Positions 8,843 to 17,110 of a stretch of 64,000 nucleotides of DNA are shown here, piece after piece. Origin of the DNA: Candidatus Spechtbacteria bacterium RIFCSPLOWO2_12_FULL_38_22 (GTDB lineage: Bacteria; Patescibacteriota; Minisyncoccia; Spechtbacterales; 2-12-FULL-38-22). The stretch's first letter is position 1. Each line of letters begins with the position of its first letter. The stretch covers positions 7,371 through 71,370 of the forward strand of contig MHOK01000005.1 of the NCBI GenBank assembly GCA_001820055.1. Direction: 5' to 3'. The notes under the pieces are model-generated. The model saw only the letters and a list, made by a program, of their open reading frames with translations. It was not told where the DNA came from and did not search any database. The translations under genes and the position numbers were made by a program.

Positions 8843-10132
8843 ATGACCTCTCAATCAAAAAATAAAAAACTTATATATGACCCTCTCTGGGGCTTAGTAG
8901 ACGTCACTCAATTTATCCCCATGATAGATATCCCCCAATTCCAAGCGCTAGGCTTTAAGTACCAACTTGGCGTAACTCACTTGCTTTTTCCAGCGGCAAC
9001 TCACACAAGAAAGGAACATTCCTTCGGCGCTCTAAAAAGAACTCAAATTTTAACTGAAAAATGGGTTAAACGCGGATTTATAAAAGAAAAAGAAGCAAAA
9101 CTAATGCAGGCATACGCGCTTTGGCACGACCTAGGACATGGACCGTTTTCTCATGTTGTAGAATCTGTAACCAAGGAACTTTGGAATCACGATCACGACC
9201 AAAACGGCGCAAAAATTATAGATAATCTAAAAAAACCCGTTACTGAAGTAGGGCTTGATATAAAAGAACTAAAAAAGTTTTTTACTAAAGAAAATCCCCT
9301 GTACCTGGGAGTACATGATAAAAATTTGGGCACAGAAAAATTAGACTATCTAAGCCGCGATGCTTATTACACTATTGGAGAAATTCCGGGAGTAGAATAT
9401 GTCACGGAACATACATATTTTATAGATAAAAAAATAATGATAGATGAAAAAGCAATAGATAACGCGAAAGCGTTACAGGATTTCTATGTAAAAATGTTTA
9501 AAACTGTATATTTGCGTAAAAACTCTTCTATCGCGCAACGCATGATGCAAAAAATGATGTTTGATTTAATTAACCTAGAAAAAATAAAGGAAAGTGAAAT
9601 GTGGGCAATGAGAGATTTTGAAATTTTGAGCCGTCTAATAAATTCCAAAGATAAAAACCTGCGGGAAAGTGTAAATAAATTTTTAGATCGCGATTTACCT
9701 CGTACGGCAATAGCTCTAAAAATAAACAGGTTCACAAAAATTGATGAAGTTCAATATAAATCGCAAACTATTATTGGGGTATCTGAAAACCAAATGAAGT
9801 CACTTGGCGCATCCCCCATCCTTGAAAGTCCCTCACAGCTAAAGAAGTTGGAGCAGGAGATCGCAAAAATGGCAAAACTGCCCGACAACTCCATACTTGT
9901 TGTTCCGCCAACATCTCAAGATCGTTTTGTACCAAAAGATATTGATATATACGTATCTGGAAACTCTTGCGCAAAACTAAGCGACTATTTCAAAGACCAC
10001 TACCGCTCAATCGAAGAGGAAGGAAAAAGTTACGCTGTGGTCCGCGTGTGCACATTCAAAGAATACCGAGACAAGTTAAGTGATAAAATTATCGCAGAAG
10101 AAATAAAAGATTATCTGTTTTCTTTGCTTTAA
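8843..10132 (+). CDS. HD-domain phosphohydrolase (dNTP triphosphohydrolase-like)
   Basis: QLG, HTRKEHSFG, HDLGHGPFSH, KLDYLSRD motifs; start placed at ATG 8843. Confidence 0.9.
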   Translation: MTSQSKNKKLIYDPLWGLVDVTQFIPMIDIPQFQALGFKYQLGVTHLLFPAATHTRKEHSFGALKRTQILTEKWVKRGFIKEKEAKLMQAYALWHDLGHGPFSHVVESVTKELWNHDHDQNGAKIIDNLKKPVTEVGLDIKELKKFFTKENPLYLGVHDKNLGTEKLDYLSRDAYYTIGEIPGVEYVTEHTYFIDKKIMIDEKAIDNAKALQDFYVKMFKTVYLRKNSSIAQRMMQKMMFDLINLEKIKESEMWAMRDFEILSRLINSKDKNLRESVNKFLDRDLPRTAIALKINRFTKIDEVQYKSQTIIGVSENQMKSLGASPILESPSQLKKLEQEIAKMAKLPDNSILVVPPTSQDRFVPKDIDIYVSGNSCAKLSDYFKDHYRSIEEEGKSYAVVRVCTFKEYRDKLSDKIIAEEIKDYLFSLL

Positions 10133-10137
10133 CACAG

Positions 10138-10202
10138 ACTAAAAAGATTTCATCCACTATAGGGTTGCCTGGCAGCCCTATAGTGGATGAAATCTTTTTA
10201 GT
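10138..10202. repeat. 65-bp near-perfect palindrome centred on GGGTTGCC-T-GGCAGCCC
   Basis: 32-bp arms with one G-T mismatch. Confidence 0.9.
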
Positions 10203-10239
10203 AGATAGCTATTCTATAGGAGGGGCAAACTAATAAACT

Positions 10240-10292
10240 CTGATACACAAAGAAAAAGCAGGACTTAATCCTGCTTTTTCTTTGTGTATCAG
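10240..10292. terminator. Long hairpin (24-bp perfect arms), likely bidirectional terminator
   Basis: CTGATACACAAAGAAAAAGCAGGA-CTTAA-TCCTGCTTTTTCTTTGTGTATCAG between convergent genes. Confidence 0.7.
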
Positions 10293-10306
10293 TTATCATT
10301 ATTAAC

Positions 10307-12208
10307 CTACAAACTATCCGAAACTGTAAAAATTTTGGTTAACCTTATATTATCAAAAAAACTTACAAACTCCTTCCATATCTTGCCTAAAGAACTAACA
10401 GGCGCAATTTCTTTAAAGTCTGGTAGGGGTAATTTAACATCTATTGTATCTGTTTTTGAACACTGGCCGTTACCAGAGTTTGAATCTGTGGCAAGAGTGT
10501 TATCTGTAACCCTTAGGATAATTGTTTGGTTCCCGTCACTGCCAAATACTGCTTGGGGATTTTGTTGGGCAGAAGAACTTGGGGTTGTGTCAGCTGGAAA
10601 TGTCCAGTTCCAAGATTGACTTGCGCTTCCTGAATCAAAAATAGTTTGATCTCCAAATTGTACAGGCTCTCCTTGGGAGGGCTTTTGAGGCGCCCAAGAA
10701 AAATCTACAAACGGATATGGATGAAGAAGAGTTCTAAATGAAGTTCCGGCTGAAAATCCACTGCCTGCGTCCGAGGCATCATATACTTGCACTCTCCAAT
10801 AGTATGTCCTATTAAATGCCAGTTGTCCGTCTCCGTCTGCGATTCCGTCTGTAAATTCTGCCACCGGAGTAGAGGAAATAGCTATAAATCTTTCCTCGGC
10901 TCCACTTGCCACCTTTCCAGAATCAAATTGCAAATTTTGTTGAGTAAAGGATGGATTTCTTGAAACCTGCAATCTATATGCTGACTGGCTTGAACTTTCT
11001 AAATCAGAAAAATCCCACCTAAAACGTTCCCTAGCTATGCACGAGGGGCCAGAACCGATAACTAAACTGGCGGGCGAAGTGATTACTGTGGGGGGAGTAT
11101 TTATTAATGTACAAACCCTATCTCCATTTGGATCCTCGTAACCTGCGGGCATAGTTGCTTGTACTCCTCCGAGATTTGTACACAAATCTATAATACATGC
11201 TTGCGTATTGCATGCTTGCGAATCGCTTGTGCTTGTGCATGAAGTCGTATCCCTATTAATCGCAAGACGAGTGCGTGTTTGAGTGCCACCGCCACAAGGT
11301 TCAGAACAAGCACTCCAGACACTCCATTCAGAATATATACAACATCTGTCATCCAAAGAACATCTTTTTTCATTTGGATACGGAGCGCAAACTGTTCGTT
11401 CTTGCGGAACTTCTGTCGGATCACATTTCTCGCCTCCTCCACAACTGCCGACGGTCGTCCACGGTCCTTTGGCGCATGAATCACAAGACCGATGAGGTGT
11501 ACAACTTATAGACCCCGCGCAGTTAGTTTTTAAACCAGAATCGCATATACCGCAAGTAGGCGTAGACGCACTACATATTTGCGTACAAACCCTATCTCCA
11601 TTTGGATCTTCGTAACCCGCAGGCATAGTTGCCTGATTCCCTGCAATGTTTGTGCATACATCGCTAACGGGGCAAGTGGGAAGGTTTACCCCGTCCCATC
11701 TTATGGTAGTACTCCCAGATGGACAGGCGGCTTCTGAAGGAGCCTTGCCATCTACATTGGCCCTAACAGAATTAACCGGAGTACTGCCGTTACAACATAT
11801 TTTATACCGCCCGCCCACGGTACAATTACAATATCCTGCCCTCAAATACGGCGAAGGACCTGGTTCGTCATATTTATCTGCGGTTGAGCATGAGCTTGTG
11901 GTATAGATGAGTCTCCAACTACATGCATATCTACCCGTTCTCCTGCAAGAGGTAGTGTACTTACTCCATGTGTTAGTCTTGCTATTTGGGCCACAGGCCT
12001 CTCCACACCCTCCTGAATCGGTACGACTAGGACCATTATTACAGACTACGTTCGCGCCGGAGGGAGGACTACACCTTACTGGATCACATGATCCCAAACC
12101 ACCATCCGCCCGATATGGCTGATAAGCGCGAACTATGCTGAAAAAACCAAAAAACACAGCTACACTAACTGCCAAAAAAAGACTATGTTTAAGATATCGC
12201 TTATTCAT
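10307..12208 (-). CDS. Secreted cysteine-rich surface protein with thrombospondin type-1 repeat, Fn3-like and PKD-like domains
   Basis: N-terminal signal/anchor; WSVWSACSEPCGGGTQTRTR; YYWRVQVYD; SWNWTF..QNP. Confidence 0.8.
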   Translation of the reverse strand: MNKRYLKHSLFLAVSVAVFFGFFSIVRAYQPYRADGGLGSCDPVRCSPPSGANVVCNNGPSRTDSGGCGEACGPNSKTNTWSKYTTSCRRTGRYACSWRLIYTTSSCSTADKYDEPGPSPYLRAGYCNCTVGGRYKICCNGSTPVNSVRANVDGKAPSEAACPSGSTTIRWDGVNLPTCPVSDVCTNIAGNQATMPAGYEDPNGDRVCTQICSASTPTCGICDSGLKTNCAGSISCTPHRSCDSCAKGPWTTVGSCGGGEKCDPTEVPQERTVCAPYPNEKRCSLDDRCCIYSEWSVWSACSEPCGGGTQTRTRLAINRDTTSCTSTSDSQACNTQACIIDLCTNLGGVQATMPAGYEDPNGDRVCTLINTPPTVITSPASLVIGSGPSCIARERFRWDFSDLESSSQSAYRLQVSRNPSFTQQNLQFDSGKVASGAEERFIAISSTPVAEFTDGIADGDGQLAFNRTYYWRVQVYDASDAGSGFSAGTSFRTLLHPYPFVDFSWAPQKPSQGEPVQFGDQTIFDSGSASQSWNWTFPADTTPSSSAQQNPQAVFGSDGNQTIILRVTDNTLATDSNSGNGQCSKTDTIDVKLPLPDFKEIAPVSSLGKIWKEFVSFFDNIRLTKIFTVSDSL

Positions 12209-12821
12209 TAATAAAATATTTTTTGGACAACTCTTCGTCGTCTATTAAACTTTTAGCGACAGTGTCCATGCTCATAAATTGTATAAGCAAATTATAGTTA
12301 TCAAGAACAGCGGGGCCCTCAACCACTTCTGCAATCACGTGTCCCTCCTTATCTATAGAACCTCCCTTTGTTGAATCAATAATCCCTAAATTTTCTTGGG
12401 CTATTTTTTCCAAAGATATCGCTCCAGCCACAAAAACTCCTGTGGTAAAACTATCCACAACACCATTCGGATCATGCTCAAGAACAACCCAGCTCGTTTT
12501 ATCGTTCCAGTCCCAATCTAAATCAGTTCCGGCCATTAAATATCCTTCAAAGGGCGCTAGTACTCTTGTTCCAACAGGTAAGCTAAACGCAAAAAGACTA
12601 TATCCCTTAGAATCTTTGACAATGGTCCAATCGTCGCAATATTGTTGTTCAAGAATTAAACACTTGCCCGCTGACACTGATGGGAGTCCCTCTTTTTTAA
12701 AATCTTCTTCCAATAAAGAGTCTTCATTCTGGGACGCCCGAAATAAATATAAGAACAAACCCAGAAGAATCACCGAAACTAATGCAAATATTATTAATAG
12801 TATGGTCTTTTTGCTTTTCAT
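12201..12821 (-). CDS. Membrane-anchored hypothetical protein, degenerate M23-like fold
   Basis: N-terminal TM; LPVGTRVLAPFEG and GHVIAEV; paralog of 12979-13668; start placed at ATG 12821. Confidence 0.6.
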   Translation of the reverse strand: MKSKKTILLIIFALVSVILLGLFLYLFRASQNEDSLLEEDFKKEGLPSVSAGKCLILEQQYCDDWTIVKDSKGYSLFAFSLPVGTRVLAPFEGYLMAGTDLDWDWNDKTSWVVLEHDPNGVVDSFTTGVFVAGAISLEKIAQENLGIIDSTKGGSIDKEGHVIAEVVEGPAVLDNYNLLIQFMSMDTVAKSLIDDEELSKKYFINE

Positions 12822-12978
12822 GTATTTATAACTAAGCAACGGTGTTCGTCTTTTTTTAGCTCCGAGGTTTAATTAAATTATATATCACACTCCCAATAAA
12901 CTAAAACCTAATCCTAACAAATTTTTAACAATATATGGAGTTGGGTGAGCGGGTTTGAGGCCCACTCACCCAACAGTC

Positions 12979-13668
12979 TCAAGGAAGATAGCTGAAAAAC
13001 TCGCGCATTAGGTCTTCGTCTTCTTCGTACCCTCCGGTGTCTGGATTGAATGTGGTTAAGCCAATCAATACATTGATTTGACTTTCTAGATCAACCATCA
13101 CCTTGGCAGGATCTGTAACTACAGCGATTACCTCCCCCCTCTTCTTCACTCCCGGCTCTGCAAAAGTGACACTGTGACCCGTGAGAATTAAAAGATAATC
13201 ACCTGACATATCTTCTCCCTGGAAAAATAATCCAGCAGGAACGTTGTGTCCGGCAATAAAAGAATTTGCCTGTGTATCAAGGTAACCATCAAATGGCGCC
13301 AGTATTTCACTCCCACTCGGCAAAATGTACCCAACACCTGCCAATTTTGATTCTGGCTGATACCCTATGTCTCCCAGTGAAATTGGAATGCCTTTTGGAT
13401 ATTCGGCCGGATCAACGATATAAATACCGTTTGCCGGAGGAATTACTTGTATCGTCGTAGTCGTAACTGGAATTGTCGTGGTCGTAGTTGTAGTGGTTGT
13501 CGAAGGAACTGCAGTTGTGGTCGTCGTAACTGGCGGCGCAGTTGTAGTCGTAATTGTCGGCTCTGCGGTAGTACTTGTGGTAGGAACAGCGCCTTTGCCA
13601 CTACATGCCGTAGCAACAAAGAAGATAAATGTCAGCATTAGTGCAAAAGAACGCGCGAACTTGGACAT
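12979..13668 (-). CDS. Putative lipoprotein with Thr-rich stalk and degenerate M23-like domain
   Basis: Lipobox-like ATA-C; poly-Thr linker; LPSGSEILAPFDG, KRGEVIAVV. Confidence 0.7.
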   Translation of the reverse strand: MSKFARSFALMLTFIFFVATACSGKGAVPTTSTTAEPTITTTTAPPVTTTTTAVPSTTTTTTTTTIPVTTTTIQVIPPANGIYIVDPAEYPKGIPISLGDIGYQPESKLAGVGYILPSGSEILAPFDGYLDTQANSFIAGHNVPAGLFFQGEDMSGDYLLILTGHSVTFAEPGVKKRGEVIAVVTDPAKVMVDLESQINVLIGLTTFNPDTGGYEEDEDLMREFFSYLP

Positions 13669-13741
13669 GTTGTTTACCTCTTTCTTGGTGATCTTGCGTT
13701 CTCAACGTGCGCGTGGCACGCAAGAACTCCTTACTGCCTCC

Positions 13742-13770
13742 AGTATATCGCTCATTTGACAAATAGTCAA
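13742..13770 (-). promoter_or_regulatory. Sigma70-type promoter for the lipoprotein gene
   Basis: Minus strand TTGACT-N17-TATACT. Confidence 0.7.
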
Positions 13771-13832
13771 TAGTATTGTAAAAAACATTCTCTTCTGCAA
13801 AAATAACCTAAAACCAAAAAACGTCTACCAAT

Positions 13833-14186
13833 CTATAATTCAGTAGCAACACAATCATACGGGAGGAGTTCGTTTAATTCTTTCCTCGTTAATTCGTCTC
13901 TGGCATAAATTTCATCTAAGCGCTTAGTATAATCTTCCTGTTCTAGCAGGGGTAAGCTACTAAAGCCTTCACAAAGTATTTCTAAATTATTTGGCTTGAT
14001 TATATCTGTTTCATTCTTGGGCTTGGGTGAAACTCCTTTGTCAAAACCATTTCCAAAATAAAAGAAAGACCCCGCTCCAAGAATGACGACGCCGAGCACG
14101 ATACTCAAGATTAGCTGTTTATTTAAATGCGGCAAAACTTTAATCTTTTTCATAAATTTTATTGCGGTAAATAACCTCCAACTCAT
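13833..14186 (-). CDS. Small membrane-anchored hypothetical protein
   Basis: Single TM segment (LILSIVLGVVILGAGSFFYF); start uncertain. Confidence 0.6.
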   Translation of the reverse strand: MSWRLFTAIKFMKKIKVLPHLNKQLILSIVLGVVILGAGSFFYFGNGFDKGVSPKPKNETDIIKPNNLEILCEGFSSLPLLEQEDYTKRLDEIYARDELTRKELNELLPYDCVATEL

Positions 14187-14357
14187 TTACTTATACTTAA
14201 TTTTAATATTAAACTCCGCGTAAAGCAAAAAAGTTTTCCACCTATAAAAAATCCGCATCAACGTGCGGATTTTATTAAGGCTCAATCATTATGCATTCGC
14301 CGGGACACTCTTCGGCCGCTTCTAGCACAATAAAAAAATACCCGCAAATGCAGGTAT

Positions 14358-15551
14358 TTACACTAAATCTTTTTCAAAATAATCAATTAAATCCGCTGGC
14401 AATTGCGGTACTTCTCTGCATCCCATATCCCCGCGTAAAGATTGTGTGGCTAAATCTCCTGTAGCAACCGCTTGGCGCGCGGCAATCGGAGAAACAGTTA
14501 TCTTTTTACCATCCCTAACATATCCAATAAATTCTTCTACAATCCTTGGGTCTGCTCCTCCGTGGCCACCAGCCGGGGGCAACACCCGCAGTATTTCTCC
14601 TTCGCTATATCCATCTACCCTATTTTTTAAAATCCTTATTTGGCTGCTACCAATATTTTCTATTCTTCCTTCCGTACCTATAAATGTGTAGTTGCGCCAT
14701 GCGTCAGGCGTGAAATGACACTGCTGATACGACGCAAATACTCCATTGTCAAATACCATATTTACTAAACTTACATCTTCAACATCCATATCGGGGTTAA
14801 GATTCTCTTGGCCCAACGGTGGCCAATTTTCAGGCACAGAAAATTGTCTAATCGTAACCCTACTTTCTGCTTTTAGGTAGTCCTCGCGCTTACTTGGATC
14901 CAACGCCCTGCCGTAAGTAGTTAAACCTCCCATAGCATGCACAAAGCGAGTATATCCACCACCCAACCAATGCATAACGTCTATGTCGTGTGCGGCCTTC
15001 TGTAATAATAGACCATTTACATATTTTCTTTGAGCATGCCAATCCTTAAAGTATGCATCTCCGCCGTAAGAAACAAAGTGTCTGCACCATATTGTAACAA
15101 TTCTTCCTATACTCCCTGAATCTATAATGCTTTTCATGGCCAATATAAGTTCCATGTGTCTCATGTTGTGTCCAACATAAACTTTTTTATCTACCCTACG
15201 CGCTGTCTCTAAAATTCTGTCGCATCCTTGCGTTGTAATAGCCATGGGCTTTTCTAAAAATACATGCTTACCAGCTTCAAGTGCGGCTACGGCTTGTTCT
15301 TCGTGTAAAAAATCCGGAGTCATTATAAATATCGCAGATATCTCTGGACAATCTAACAGATCTTGGTACTGGGTACTGGTAAACGTATCCCCGGCAAACG
15401 GTTTATTTTTAAACATGGCCAAAATTTCTGGTTTTATATCTGAGACGCCAACCAAAAATAATCCCTCATCGGGATTGTGCATATAGTCCACCATGCCGGT
15501 TCCCAGACCGCGCAGACCTAAACCCACCACCCCAACTCCGAATTGCTTCAC
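14358..15551 (-). CDS. Gfo/Idh/MocA family oxidoreductase
   Basis: GVVGLGLRG Rossmann motif, TPDFLH, LEKP, HDID. Confidence 0.93.
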   Translation of the reverse strand: MKQFGVGVVGLGLRGLGTGMVDYMHNPDEGLFLVGVSDIKPEILAMFKNKPFAGDTFTSTQYQDLLDCPEISAIFIMTPDFLHEEQAVAALEAGKHVFLEKPMAITTQGCDRILETARRVDKKVYVGHNMRHMELILAMKSIIDSGSIGRIVTIWCRHFVSYGGDAYFKDWHAQRKYVNGLLLQKAAHDIDVMHWLGGGYTRFVHAMGGLTTYGRALDPSKREDYLKAESRVTIRQFSVPENWPPLGQENLNPDMDVEDVSLVNMVFDNGVFASYQQCHFTPDAWRNYTFIGTEGRIENIGSSQIRILKNRVDGYSEGEILRVLPPAGGHGGADPRIVEEFIGYVRDGKKITVSPIAARQAVATGDLATQSLRGDMGCREVPQLPADLIDYFEKDLV

Positions 15552-15624
15552 TTGTGCTCCCGTCTACTCACAAGAACTAAACATAAAATACATAAAAAAA
15601 GAGCCCTAGTCAATGGGCCTTGGG

Positions 15625-15860
15625 ACGTAAAATAAAATAGTACAATTTATTCCGTCGTAAGCCTGCCTGCGGTAGGCAGGCGGGAACGAAGTGGCAGCGT
15701 GGAATAAATTGTGCTATTTGTTAAAAAAAGAGTTTGTATAATTTATTTCGTCGTAAGCCTGCCTACCGCAGGCAGGCGGGAATGAGCGTAGCGAATGGCA
15801 GCGTGAAATAAATTGTACAAACTCTTTTTTTAATAAACTGTACTATTTTTTATTTTACGT
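15625..15860. repeat. Composite of two family-A hairpin elements (15635-15719, 15721-15833) inside outer inverted arms ACGTAAAATAAAATAGTACA..TGTACTATTTTTTATTTTACGT
   Basis: Arms and shared cores read directly. Confidence 0.9.
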
Positions 15861-15899
15861 ATCTATGTTTTAAAACAATTCAATATACTGCTTAGAAAC

Positions 15900-17108
15900 T
15901 TAGCGCGGCAAAAAATCCTCAAATTTATCCCGTCTACGAATAAGTTTATCTTTTTTGCCTTGGATTAAGATTTCCGCCGGCAACAACCTCCCATTATACC
16001 GCGAGCTCATGGCAAAACTATGAGCTCCAGCGTCCCGAATCACCAACAAATCGCCCTCGGAAATAAATGAAATTTGTCTATCTTTTGCAAACACATCAGA
16101 ACTTTCACAAATATTCCCCACAATAGTAACCTTCTGCTTGCGTCCATTCGGATTACTGATGTTGTCAACTTTGTGATACGCGCCATACATGGCAGGCCTA
16201 ATTAAATGAGTCATTCCAGAGTTGGTTCCCGCCACCAATTCCCCGGCGGGAGTCTTTTTTATACTTGTTACCTCCATCAATAAGTTGCCCGCCTGACCGG
16301 TTAGGTAACGCCCGGGTTCCAGCAGTAAAAGAATATCTTTACCCAACACAAAAGACAACTCTTTCATTTTTTTAGAAATCCAAATACCGTATTTTTTAAC
16401 ATCCACGGACTTATCTTGAGGCTTATATGGTATTCCCAATCCCCCGCCTATGTTGATATATCTTAGATTTTCAAACTCTTGAGCAATTTTTATAGTAGTT
16501 TCAGTCGGCGCAAAAAAACTATCAACACCTAAAATGCCAGACCCTATATGCTGATGCACGCCTATTATTTTCAATCCGTATTTTTTAGCAATTTCTTTAA
16601 TTTTATTAACATCTTTATAGTAAATTCCAAAAGTATTATGCATGCCCGCGGTTACCACTTTTGCGTGGTGCCCTGCCCCAGAGGCTGGATTAATCCTTAC
16701 GCCAACTTCTGCACCCTTAGCTAATTTTCCAACTTGCTCTAACTGGCTCAACGAATCAGCGTGAAAATAAGTTTTATGTTTTATTATGTATTCTAGTTCT
16801 TGGCGAGAAAAATTACGTCCGGTTACGGAAATTTCATTAGCAAGCGCTCCTGCTTTTTTTGCCAAAAATAATTCTGTTGGAGAACCAGCGTCAAAACCCA
16901 CTCCTAAATCTCTTAATAATTTCAAAATGTATAAATTGCTATTTGCTTTTATAGCAAAAAGTATGCGTTTTGGTTCGTAGCTTATGGCGACTTTCAATGC
17001 TTTGAATTGACGCTCCATAACAGAAACATCATAAACGTAAAGCGGAGTTCCGTATTTTTTTGCTAAAGCTTTAAATTGTGCGTTGGAAATCATACTTTTA
17101 GAAATCAC
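15900..17108 (-). CDS. lysA: Diaminopimelate decarboxylase
   Basis: YGTPLYVYD, FAIKAN (PLP Lys), HIGS, GGG, EPGR, IRPAMYGAYH, GNICESSD. Confidence 0.93.
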   Translation of the reverse strand: MISKSMISNAQFKALAKKYGTPLYVYDVSVMERQFKALKVAISYEPKRILFAIKANSNLYILKLLRDLGVGFDAGSPTELFLAKKAGALANEISVTGRNFSRQELEYIIKHKTYFHADSLSQLEQVGKLAKGAEVGVRINPASGAGHHAKVVTAGMHNTFGIYYKDVNKIKEIAKKYGLKIIGVHQHIGSGILGVDSFFAPTETTIKIAQEFENLRYINIGGGLGIPYKPQDKSVDVKKYGIWISKKMKELSFVLGKDILLLLEPGRYLTGQAGNLLMEVTSIKKTPAGELVAGTNSGMTHLIRPAMYGAYHKVDNISNPNGRKQKVTIVGNICESSDVFAKDRQISFISEGDLLVIRDAGAHSFAMSSRYNGRLLPAEILIQGKKDKLIRRRDKFEDFLPR

Positions 17109-17110
17109 AC

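Noticed and set aside
15625-15860. Tandem repeats as a CRISPR array, or the core (GCGAATGG) as an HDV-like ribozyme
   Set aside because: There are no unique spacers, and I could not build the nested double pseudoknot an HDV-like fold requires
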